From the NCBI GenBank assembly GCA_965113315.1, contig OZ220364.1: a stretch of 64,000 nucleotides of DNA. The stretch is one strand, 5' to 3'. The translations under genes and the position numbers were made by a program. Origin of the DNA: Podarcis vaucheri. Lineage: Eukaryota. Of the stretch, positions 1 to 11,874 are shown one piece after another; position 1 is the first letter of the stretch; every line of letters starts with the position of its first letter. The notes below the pieces were generated by a model. The model saw only the letters and a list, made by a program, of their open reading frames with translations. It was not told where the DNA came from and ran no database searches.

Positions 1-498
1 TTGCTCTGCAGTGAAGGAAATACACTGAGAAAGTTCAGAGGCAAACACTTTTTATTTCTTCCACATAATGATCTGGTATCAAGTTCAGGTGGAACTGCAT
101 TTTTGGGTTTGTTTCTTTTTAAGCGAGTCTGGTATCTGTATGTGGTGGGTGGTGAAGTTGGCCTTCTAATCTATTTGAGTTTGACATTCCTCTTTATTGT
201 TTCCTTTGTGAGTGAAATTGCTTCATCGAGAAGCTGAGTATAATCCAATCAGTCTCATTTCCATCACTTCACTATTTAGCACTAAGAGGAGTCACTATAA
301 TTTTAAATGGCTTCTTCTTACATTTGGGCCTCTACCTGCTCTAGGAAATATCAGCAAACCTTATATGAATCTGACCACTATAAATATTTCCCAAAGACCC
401 AAGAGTGATGCAAATCCCGCCCCCCAACTGGTTGACAGATCAATTTATGAACATTTTGGCATTGACTTTTCTTTTGCTTGGAGATCACTTGTCTCAAA

Positions 499-733
499 TA
501 GGGCTGCCATATGTCCAGATTTTCCCAGGCATATCCAGAATACTGCAGTTGGCAGCAGCGTCCAGGTGGAAATCGGGGAAATCAGGACGTATGGCATCCC
601 ACGTTGCTGCTTTTCCATTAAAATAGTGATTTTGCCCAAGAAGCTCAACAACTTTGGGCCAACCCGCCCCCCCCCCCTGAAACGCAACAACTTTTCTGTC
701 CGGATTTTCAATGTTTGAAATATGGCAAGCCTA
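499..733. mobile_element. hAT (Blackjack-like) MITE, 235 bp
   Basis: TIR TAGGGCTGCCATAT / ATATGGCAAGCCTA (12/14 match) and a perfect 8-bp TSD GTCTCAAA (491-498 / 734-741). Confidence 0.9.
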
Positions 734-909
734 GTCTCAAACTGATAATGTAAGGCACTGAATATTTTTAATTATACTTGGATTATATCTCAAGATCCTG
801 CCATCAGTGAACTGCTTTTTTAAAAAGCATATGCTGCACTGTAATGCAGCCTCCCTGCTTCACCTTGCAGTCCCAGTGCGGCACTGCTGATTGTAAACCC
901 AAGACACAA

Positions 910-995
910 AGGTCTGATCCCTGGCATCTCCAGGTGTAGAAGCAAAAGAATCCTGCCTGAAAACCTGACTGTGTAAGGCAGCTTCCTATATTCAT
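910..995 (+). mobile_element. Squam3-like SINE remnant
   Basis: GATCCCTGGCATCTCCAGGT...CCTGCCTGAAA...TAAGGCAGCTTCCTAT. Confidence 0.6.
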
Positions 996-2315
996 AGAGA
1001 CCTGTCCGACTAGCCCACATAGAAAAATTACAAGCAACATTCAGCAACAATGATACGCCTGCTTCTCAGCCCCAAAACCACAGGCCCACTCTGATTCTCT
1101 ACCAGCAAAGCTGTACTGCACAAAATGATACAAGGCAGCCTGGCTATGCTTGGAAGCAGTAGTTTACTGCTAAACCGTAAAGTGTGATGGGAGGGGGGCT
1201 CTGGCTTCAGTTAAAATGAGGACAACCTATCCTGAATTATGCTGGTTTTAGCCTTCTGCCCCCCTGCGAGAGTAACACAGACAATCCTACTACAGCTGCT
1301 AGCACATCCTTCAGCAGCCTGCCAGAGTAGAAAGAGAACAAGTCAGCATTTGGTTAAAGGAAAGAACTGACAAGCCATCTGGTTAACAGGGTTGGTAACC
1401 TCTCTCAGCAGGGAAGGAGGGAAAATTCCACCAGGGGCAGCATCTCTGTTCCATTCATGGCTGAGCTTGTGCTGTGAGCCACAAAGCCCCCCTCCCAGTC
1501 AAATCAGCACAAGCAAAGTGGATTAGACTGAGCCCTGGCACCAGGAAAAATGCGATGGGCAAAAGGATTGGGGTTGGTAACTGGGGGCAAGTGGATGAAG
1601 CAAGCAGCAGGTGCCCCGTAAGCAGCTCTGCAAGCCTGCTGTGCTCTAGCAATGTACCCCCTGAGGGGGAGAACAAAATAAAATGAGTCACAGCTTTCAC
1701 ATTGAGCTTGCTGCTGCCTGGGGCCCCGATGACACTAGTTTCCGACATGGTGTGGCGTGTGTCCAGCTCCCTGCTAAAAATATCTCAGGCATGCACCATT
1801 GGGAGTATATGAGCAGAAGAGGGCAGGGGTCCCCAGGCTGCCATCGGCTCACGGCCCTTACTGTGCAATTAAAATAAGCAGCAGACTTGATGTTTGTAAA
1901 CTCTTCTTTTAAACTCTTGTTTAGAGAGGAGAAGGCCAAGTCAGCCAGGAGTCATCTTTCTTGGAAATTTAAAAACAACAACAGGAAAAAAAACCCTTCA
2001 TGCATGGCCAAATTACACAGCCCAAGCCTTCTGGGAAATAGCTGGACAATAAGCTGAGCAATGAGCAGAGCTAGGATACGGCCTATTTAAGCCAGGAACA
2101 CCTGTGGTGCTGGAAAGACGTCTCCAGAGAAAGGACTGCATCAATAAAGTATAGAAAACAGAATCCACCAAATCCTTACCTACTACCCTGTAGGAGTTTG
2201 GTTGCCATTGCCTTCTCAACCTCCATTCTTACAGGGCTTTTAAATGCGGTGTTGAGGATAGATGCATATCCTTTTAGTGCGGGGCCAAGGCTCTGTTCTT
2301 CACTGTGCTGTTAAC

Positions 2316-2334
2316 CAGCCACCAGGTGGCATTG
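2316..2334 (+). promoter_or_regulatory. Candidate CTCF binding site
   Basis: CAGCCACCAGGTGGCATTG matches the CTCF core CCACYAGRKGGC. Motif match only. Confidence 0.45.
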
Positions 2335-5300
2335 CAGCACTTCAGGCAGCTGAGAAACTGGCAAGGGTCACAATCAGGGAGGAGGCACAAACCTCTTGTA
2401 TTTCCTCTGCAACGTTACAAGTTACGCATTTATAAACACGTTATTTGAGGGCTCTTAACTGCACCTAAATGTTGTAACGTGGATGCAGCGCAACACACAC
2501 AAACCAAGAAATCTTGCTCACTGTGAAATTCCCAGACATGTAGCAAAACCTTTTAAGTTCTTTAGGAATTATTGCTTGGACCAACAATATCTGATTGCAA
2601 TTGCCCAGAGGATTGACTGCAAGACAATCTCTCCCCACAAATGCTAGGAGTTGCTTTCTTACTCACAACAGTAACAGAGGAAAATTCAATAAATTCACTG
2701 AGAGTTCCCCTCGTTCACCTTCCCATCCTCTCCAGATGTCCACAGGCCCTGAACAAGTATGTTTGATATGGTCCTTCATTCTTTGAAAGTATCTAAGCCT
2801 AGACCAGGTCATTCTAGTTTCAACCCCTCTCTGGAGCAAAGTTTGTCATTATTATTATTATTAAAATCTTACTTTTGAAGTGGGGCTAGAAGGCTTATGG
2901 GGTTTACCTGTTACATCTGAGTTTAATATTGAAGATTTACGAGGTTTAATCTCTGCTTTTTGTGAAGGGTGTGACCCATCCAGTCACTTTCTTCCTTCGC
3001 AAGATTTAATTCATTTCCCCCTCTATCCAGTTTTATGGCCACCCTGGCAGGGCACATTTCCGCACAACTTCCCTTTATCACAAAGTTACCCATGCACTAC
3101 ATATGGATGCAGTTACACCCAGGATTCGCCATGAACGAACTGCCACCCCAGAAAACTCCCCCAAAGCTCAGAAATATGGTTTCACCATATTAATGTTTGG
3201 AAGACTAGCTATTAGAACAGCATATGTTTCCTCTCCCTCTTCAGCTCTATCCTCAGGAGTTTTGGGTTTCTATGTGGAATACTTTTTTTAAAAAAGGTCT
3301 TTTGAAAACATATTTTTTTATTTTTCCACGTACTGCTGCCAAAGTGCCTTTCAACAAAGGATGACTAACCAGAGTCTCCATGAAAGAAGGATTTTTCCAA
3401 GGATGGCTGAAGGTGGCAGAACGGTGATATCACTTTTTGGGATAGGAACCCCCAGACTCACTCCTCACCCCTGCACCTTCCCAAAAAATAAATAAAAATG
3501 ACAATTGATTGGTGGGAAGGCAGTGAGAATTGCTAGGTTCCTACTGGTGATTTGTGAGTCAAAGGGAAGTCCTGTTTGGCTGGTTCTGTTAAGTACCAAA
3601 TAGGGCCTCAAATGATTTATTATTTATTTTTCATCCATTTGCCTAGTGACCCTAATGGGCCATAACCAGAGGCATCACTGTTGACCAAGCACCTTGGAAA
3701 AAGAAGTCTACAATATTTTACAAATGCATGGAAGTGAACTAGATCAAAGTGACTGCCTGCCTGAGACGCTGACATTCCATCTGCTGTCTGGGGATGAAGG
3801 GGGGGGGGGTGAATGTGTGTCCAGGCAGCAGTGGAGAAGGAGTGGTGTGAACAATGCATAAGAATTAAGAGATTAAACAGGCCAGGAAACTGAAACCATC
3901 TCTTGCCTTTCCCAGTCCAGGTGTGGTGCTGCGCAAGCACACTATGGTGCAAGGGTAGTTTATTCCCTTTGGATGCAAACTCGTCTGATCAGAAGGCGAT
4001 GGTTACCTGGGAGTGTAAAGGTGTCTCCATGCCCCACCAGATTCGGCCCAAACTTAGTGCTGTTGCTTTACCTTCTCCACATGCCTATTTATGCATTCAC
4101 CCACATCTCCCTCAAGCCCAGACATCAGACGTGCCCAGTATGAGAAATGAGTACAATCTAGGGATGAGCAAATCTCTTCTCCCCCCCGCCCCGCCAACAT
4201 CCCCCTATTCAATTTCATTATTATGCTGTGGTTTGGCTCTGCCCAGCATTTCATTCTGTCTGCCTTCCGGTTTAACTTGAAGAATTTCTAGGATTAATTT
4301 GGTGCATGTGCTGTATGCTGCAGTTTTCAGTTTGTATTTCTTCCCCTTGACCCTTTTTTTACAAGTTAGCACCGGGCATGAGTGCATATGTACACTGATT
4401 AAAACACAACACAAAACAGAATATTTTTAGATAGTGAGCTTGTATAGTGCCCATTGTAGTTAAGGCACTCTTAAAATGCAATTGGGACATAATGGTTATG
4501 AATAAAATAACAAGATAAAAGCAGTTATGGGAGGGAGGGAGGGATTCAGTGAAGATTTTTAGGAGGAAATTGTTAACATTTTTGCAGTTTGAAAGGAAGG
4601 AAGCAAATAAGTAGCCACCTCTTTTCATAGCCCATGAAGCAGTGGCTTCAGCACTGGTGTCTCATGGCAAACCCCCCCTTTTAGTATTCTGTGGCTATGC
4701 AATGAGCTACTTATAAACGTCCCAGAATCTCACAGACTCTCCAAGTCTACCAGCTCATTTCCCCCCTAGCCTTCCTGTTGAAGTTAAGCAAAGTCATTAA
4801 TTAATTCAACTTAGAGGCAAACCAAAGCAATTTTGGTTTGAGCCAAAATAAAGATGGTTGAAATTAAGTACCCTCTGGCATTATTCAGCTCCAAATATTT
4901 GAACAGAATTAAATTTGCTTATGATTCTTTTTTAAAAAGGTATAAATAATAGTAAGAGACAGGATTTTTCTTTGTTTTGTATTTTTAAAGACACACTCCC
5001 CCTTTTGAGCCAGCAAATTAAAATGATGATAAAAGCTCTATAGGAGCTAGTTGTCCAGATGATAGCACCCCAATTTAGCTCACAAGGGAAGTAACCATGT
5101 TCAATCTAATTAGGACCTGTTAGGATATTCAGAACTGCTATCATTCCATAAAGTTGAAGAAAACAGTCTCCTAATTGGCTTCCTGCTGGGAAGTCCCAAA
5201 AAAGCCTTTATTGTCCCTCTGTGTAACCCACTCTGCACTTTCTTTGCAGCTGGACTGTTTTGAACACTGTGCTGCCCTCACCTAAAGGCATGGCTGCAAG

Positions 5301-6210
5301 AAACTTTCATGCTACTAGTACGTGAATGTTACTTGGCGTATCAGGAGTTTTTCTCACAATCGTGTGTGCAAGGTCTCACATGCCTATTTGAATATCATTT
5401 GATTTTGAAGCACTCCTATCTGCAATTTGTTCTAAAACTGGGGGGGGGGGGCTTGAAACATTTAAATACCTGCATTTAAATTTTCCTCCTGTCCATAGGT
5501 GGGGCCCAAAAACTGAGATTCAATGGAGTATAGTGCTTGCAGTCTCAAAAGAATGGATTCTAGAAGAGCCAAGAGAGCAATTGCACCTGGGCTTAGATTG
5601 TGAGTTGAGAACACAACACCTTAGCCTTAGGCATTAATTTAAGTGAACAGGCTCCTGGCACCTCCCCACCCCCGTTTTACTCAGCTTCAAAAAGAAACTG
5701 AGATGACATTTCCTATTTTATGAAACATTGCCTTTTACTTTCCTAGGGAGAGTAAGGTTATGTAACAGCAGAGGCAACTTAACAAAACAGAAAGTAACAT
5801 CACACCTCAGTGCAAGAGAGGACAGAGAAGGTGGAAAATACAGAAGTACAAGATGGCTCTAAGCTAGATCAGAACTGATTACTGAAGGGGAGGCGGGACT
5901 GGCATCAGAGATGGGATTATTTGGGCACCTTCAGGGACACACTGCAGTTCCCCCAGGGTTCTTGATCATGCTGCTGCTACTCAGTGCTGTCACTGCCCCC
6001 TTCACCTGCCCTCTCTGAGTATGCAAGCAGTAACAAGGGGAGGAGGAGATGTAGGAATATCCAGCCTTGTGCTTCCCCTCTAGGTGGTTTTGTAGGTTGG
6101 GTCCAGAGAGGGGGAGAGTATGTGAATGAGCAGTGGAGATGGAAGGAAGGGTGATGTGGGATCTCTCAGGGAGTAGGCCTACTGAAGGCATCTCCTCTCC
6201 CCCCTGCTCC

Positions 6211-6215
6211 AAAAA

Positions 6216-6258
<43 letters not shown>
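6211..6258. repeat. A-run plus (GA)n microsatellite
   Basis: Read directly from the sequence. Confidence 0.97.
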
Positions 6259-6263
<5 letters not shown>

Positions 6264-8001
6264 CTAGAGCTGGCATTGAGATGTGTGCTGTGCTAGATAT
6301 AGCCTCCCAACTCATGTTTGCTCATAGCCATGTGACTCTTCTTTGTAGCCCTGGTTATGAATATTTATTGTGGAAGAAAGGGAGGAGGGGCTTTCTCATT
6401 TAGGCTTCAGAACACATTTGCCTTTTTGTAAAAAGCAAGTCGAAACAACAAGCTTTTGCATTTGACCCTCTCAATGGGGGACTGGGCAAAGAAACTAACA
6501 ACAGTACTTTTTCACTAAATGTCACATACATGCACAGTCTGCACACTGTCCTTCCATGGGAAAAGGATGTGATAAATTATTCAGGGTTTAGCTCTGCAAA
6601 TGCAAGTTGGAATTTTGTTTTGCTGGAGTGGGCAGGTGGCCATGGCCTGGTGAAGTGGGAGGAGATTTTGTGTACAAGGAGAGGGCCGTTTTGTTACTTG
6701 CCTGTTATTTGGTGCAATCTTGCTCCCATGAATTTGCAATAAGCTGCCTAGATACAAAGCAAAATCCCAACACGTCTCCTGAACAGAACAAACTGAGTTA
6801 CTGCCAGAAATTCCCTTGTGGCAAGAAGTTGCGAAGGCATGCTACCTCGAATTTAGTTCAGCATTTGCAATCACATCCAAAGTGTGCCTTAAGTTTCAAA
6901 TGAGCAGAATGTGCTGCTGCTGGAAATTCTGATTCAGTGAGGAAACGGGGGGGGGGGGGGAGGAGGGAAGAGGCAGAGGAATCTTTTCCAGAGACCGCCA
7001 GCAATCAGCATAGTTCATCATGTGCATACATGACCAATAGGCATACCAGCAGTTTAAAGGCTACATTTTCAAGTTCTGCTAGAATATAAACAGACCATGG
7101 CCAGGACTAGCCTGAGAATGAGATTAGGCTGAGAAAGGGATTGATTTTGTTACCAGTAAAACCAATAGTAAGGGAGCTAGAAGAAAGAAGGGTGATATGC
7201 ACAAGCCTGAGCAGGACATTCCCAATCTGGAGAGAAAGAAATGCTGCTCAGGAGCAAACCTTAAATGCTTCTGCCCCCAAGCATCTGCAGATGCATAAAT
7301 AGTGTTAATGATAACAATTATTTTAAACTTCAGACTTCTCAGATATGCCCAATGGTATAATAGACTCAAGTTGTATAGATTTTTGTACCACTATTTAAGC
7401 AAAGACGGTACCGTCAGCAATAATCTGGATAAATACTCAGAGGTTAACCATTGCCTATTTTTTTCAAGGGAGGGAACTGGTGTTGTATAGAATTCTAACC
7501 TAGGCTGCATATGCACCATTCATTCAAAGCACACACACCCTTCTCCCCAAAAAAGAATCCTAGGAATGGTAGTTTTTTAAGGGTGTTAGGAACTACAGTT
7601 CTTTGAGGGGTAAATACAATTTCCAGGATTCTTGAATCCAGGAATTTAAGGTGTCTAGCACCCACAAACTCTTAACACTGTAAAATATCTCCTGATCACT
7701 TCTACAGTGTTCTTAAACAGTAAGCAAAGTTAAACACACCATACTCTTACGAGTAAGTTGGGCATGCCTCAGGTACAGAATAGCCTATTAGTTCCCATTG
7801 ATGTCCTTTTAGTTCCAGTTCTATGGTTTTATGCACAGTTGTACATATTTTAACATGAATGGTCGTCAAATGCAAACTAGTTAGGTTTCTCATCTGTGAC
7901 CATCTTTGTGTCCTCAGATGACGCAAAGGATAATCGATGGCATATTACGTGATTGCTGACTTTCGCTGGAAAACCACTGACAAATCACATGAAAGGAATG
8001 C

Positions 8002-8038
<37 letters not shown>
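8002..8038. repeat. (TAA)n microsatellite
   Basis: Read directly from the sequence. Confidence 0.97.
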
Positions 8039-8040
<2 letters not shown>

Positions 8041-8841
8041 CAACAACCATCAAGCAGCTTTTGCAAATTGGCAAACAAGGAAGTTTCTCTTCCTTCTCCC
8101 ACTTTTCCTGCTTCTCTCGCACTTTTGCTTTTTGCTTTGAATAGAATACACTGCCAAAAATACAAGACCTGCTGCTTTCTGCTGGGGCCTGGCTTCACTC
8201 TGGATTGAAGTTCCAAAGTGGAACTGACCACAAAGGAGTTTGCATTCCATGCTGATTCAGACAGTCCCTGCTGCCAAACACTTGTGCACTCCCAATTGTT
8301 CCTTGGCAGTCATGGCTTTGCTAGTCCTGCACCTGATGTCATATGCTATCGTGTGAGTGGCAGGTGAGTGTGGCCAGCCAAAGCAGCCATGTTTGGCTGG
8401 ACTGATGGGCCTAATTTGGCCTACAGCATGAAGGTCTCTCTCCCTTCCCACACATACACAAAATATTAGATAAAAACCACCAACCAAATTGCCAGTGAGG
8501 CATTTACCATCATGTGCAGCCTCCAGACCGTCAGTGAGTGACAAGACTGAGTGGTCATTTGAAGCTCTCTGAGCAAAACCAAACTGTCTACCTGCCACAT
8601 CACTCCCACGCCTTCCCAGTATTTATGCCCCTCTGCTGCACCCTTTGGCAGGGGCTTCTCCAGAAACAAAGTGTCCCAAATCCTGCTTACCATAAATGCA
8701 GGCCCAGGCCCATCAATTCTACAGAGGAATCCAATGGCATTTCAGAAAATAAATGGAACTTAAATTGAAATTTCTGACATAAACAGAGGCAGACGCACAC
8801 TAACTCTAGGGTGCCCTCGGGGAAGAGGGACGGTAGCTCAC

Positions 8842-8916
8842 CATAGTCCTTCTTGCAATACTTCTTCATGTTGATCTTCAGTTTCCCTTTGGATGCCTTG
8901 CAGTATGAATCACAGT
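8842..8916 (-). CDS. NTN1: Netrin-1 exon (human exon 6 equivalent), start of the NTR/C345C domain: (D)[24 protein letters not shown]
   Basis: Matches netrin-1. Acceptor ctcccctgaag|AC with an upstream pyrimidine tract and ACTAAT branch-like motif; donor TATG|gtgagc; 75 nt, phase 1-1. Confidence 0.97.
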
Positions 8917-11337
8917 CTTCAGGGGAGCCGAGGAGGAAGAGACAGAAGAAAACATTAACAAAACAAATTAGTCTTAAAATGAATGAAAAGAAGGGAGTGT
9001 GTGTGTGAGGGGAGAAGCGAACAGTGAATGCTGTAGCCTGCTATGAATAAGCAGCATGCCTGTGATATCCATCTGCCAGGACCTGATTGGGTCATCTAAT
9101 GGGGGCATTCACTGAAAACCTTCCTTTCTAAAGAAAGTAACTCACAAAAGAAGCTATCCTCCTCTCCCTTTCCCTCCCCTCCTATCCCCGCCTGACAAAT
9201 TCTTTAAGCTGTCCTCTGCAGGCTGCCACAACCTGGTTGCCTCCATGGGAGACCCCAGGGCCTCGCTTATTGTGCCACCCAGATCTTTAGAGAGCCACAG
9301 CCCCCCCCCCGTTCTTAAACTGCAAACTGGAGTCTGATTAAAGCCCACAGAGGCCTCTTTGTCACCCCCTAACCCAGACCTGTGTCAGGCTTTGGCATTC
9401 ATTGCAAAGGGATTCTGGCTGGGGTCACTCCTCAACAAAAGGGGTCAGGGAGGAAATTAGCAGCCTATGAAGCATTAGCAAAGCCTTTGGCGTCCACTCT
9501 ACTGGAGTGTGCAAATAAAATGCCCCAGTGGGACTGCTTCATTTCTATGGGCCTTACTGCTGTGATACGATGGATTTACTCCTCCTGAACATCATCCTGT
9601 GTTCCAGTGCCACTAATGTAATGCTGTGTTGAGTTTTTTGGCACTGCCTCCATCCTGCTTTGGCTGTGCTAGAACTATTTTCATGCCACTTTTGAGCACT
9701 GGGAGTGCAGCTTGACCCTGAGCATGAAAAACTGTTACTTGCTGTGGCATTTCTTTCTCTCTTTCTCCAGTCTCTGGCAAGGCTGAGCTGCACATAACTC
9801 AGGCTGCACTATGTTTCCCAGGTATGCCAGAGTATAGTGTTTCTACAGCAGTGTTCCTGCTTATCCAATTGGTGCACAGATGGGTCAGGAATTATACTTT
9901 GCTGGTAGGAAAACATATGATGATGGGCAACTTGCTTTTCTGCAGTGATTGATAAATATTATGGTTCATTATATGTTCATGTCCTGCTCTTTCTTTAGAA
10001 TGCTCAAATCAGCTAATATAGGCCTCCTATCTATGACTGATCATATTCACCTCTTGCTTGTCTGCAAGCAGTATGCTCAAGAATGAGAGGCCCAATGACC
10101 ATATAGGGGACTATACAATGGAAATGAGCAACCACAGTAACAGTATTTACTGATATCCCTCCTTCCAAGCCAGAACAGCATCCTTTAATGTTATAAATCC
10201 ATATAGTATAATTACCTACCTGACTGTGTTGCAAACAGGATGTACAGATAAAGGTAATAAAAATACTTAGAAATTTTCATATTTATACTCATGAGCAATG
10301 GAGGAAGGGAAAAGTCCAGCCCCACCACATTCACACCTACAACCTCCCTCTGCCCTTCTTTTCCACCACTGCCTAATGCAGAGCTTTGCCTACTGATTAA
10401 ATATAGTTCAGTACAAATACAGTTCAACAGCTCTAATTATTGCCTAAGATAAGAGTGTATCCCTTGTGGAAAGACATTGGCCACATCAGGATTAGAAGGA
10501 CCAGAAATGGAGAAGGAAGGCAGCCCCATACGGACGGTTAAAGCTATCTGCCCACTGCTATAAAGCAAACATCATGAAGGGTTGGGTGCTTCTTTCAGCC
10601 TGACTAACGCTCCTTGTTGTTCCTGGTCCATCTTTTACCATACAGTGAATTGTTCTGGGCCCATCTCACACTAATATATTTGTCCTTGAACTATTTACTA
10701 TGGAATAGTTCTGTGGATCTACTGTCAATATATTTTTTAAAAAGACTCATCTCACCTAACCTTAGTTAGTTCACCACTAGCAAAGGCTGCAATTCAGTTA
10801 CATTCAATGGGGGGTCTTGCCATTGTCTTCTGTAAGAGTAGGGCTGCATTATTATAGTCATTTTCCAAGTCCTGGAGGAAAAGTTGAATTCTCTATCCCA
10901 AGTCAATGAGCAAAAGCTTGAATGTGTGTTACCAGGTTGGCTAGAGCCCTCATCCACTGTGTTGAACACTGTTCTAACTGCTTCCAATTACTGATCCATC
11001 AACAGAAGCTGCGAGCATGCTTGCAAGCAGCAACAAAGAAAAGTAAGACAAACATTTTCAACCAAGAGATGATAAAAGCAATTTTGGGTCAGTTTGGGGT
11101 TGAAACAAAGCTACTTGTATAATATATCAAGATGTATAATTGAATAATAAGTCAAGCTTTCATTTAAGTTCTAAATGGAATTGTGGTTCAAATTCATGTT
11201 TCTGTGCAGTCCTTTTTGTTTACTTCTACCTTTCCCCAATACCCAAGAATATGCACTTTCTGAAGGAAATTTTGTTTCTTATTTTTTCTATGTTTTTCCC
11301 TCTGCATGCCATTTCCTTTGTTGGGACAATAAAAGTA

Positions 11338-11874
11338 CCGTATTTTTCGCACTATAGGACACACTTTTCCCCCTCCAAAAATGAAGGGGAAATGTGTGTG
11401 CGTCCTATGGTGCGAATGCAGGCTTTCGCTGAAGCCTGGAGAGCGAGAGGGGTCGGTGCGCACCGACCCCTCTCGCTCTCCAGGCTTCAGGAGAGCCCCA
11501 TCGCCAGCCCCGCAAACTCGGGAGACAGCGGGAGAGGCGCAGCCTTGGCTTCCTCCATAGCTGCGCGCAACCCCTCTGCCAAGGAGAGGCTGCACGGGGC
11601 TATGGATTCTTTAGCCCCACGCAGCCTCTCCCGGGAGGGAGAGGCTGCACGGGGCTAGGGGAAGCCAAAACAGTGAGCGGGATCCATCCCGCTCCCTGCT
11701 TTGGCTTGATCCATAGCTGCACGCAACCCCTCCGGCAGGGAGAGGTTGTGTGCAGCCTGTACGCTGCTCTTTGGGGCTGCGGGGGGGGGGGGAGAGATTT
11801 TTTTTCTTGAATTCCCCCCCTAAAAACTGGGTGCGCCCTATGGTCCGGTGCGCCCTATGGTGCGAAAAATACGG
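11338..11874. mobile_element. Non-autonomous Tc1/mariner (Tc2/pogo-like) MITE, 537 bp
   Basis: TIRs CCGTATTTTTCGCACTATAGG / CCTATGGTGCGAAAAATACGG, TA on both sides, CpG-rich interior. Confidence 0.92.

Noticed and set aside
212-718. 168-aa ORF
   Set aside because: Crosses the hAT MITE boundary, has no in-frame ATG start and no recognisable domain.
1-8841. Search for the NTN1 terminal exon (AVQIHILK...WWKFTVNI)
   Set aside because: No matching frame was found; it must lie beyond position 1. The large LN-domain exon is likewise not in 43876-64000.
11140-11658. 172-aa and 133-aa ORFs
   Set aside because: They run through the GC-rich MITE, which has few stops; no recognisable protein.
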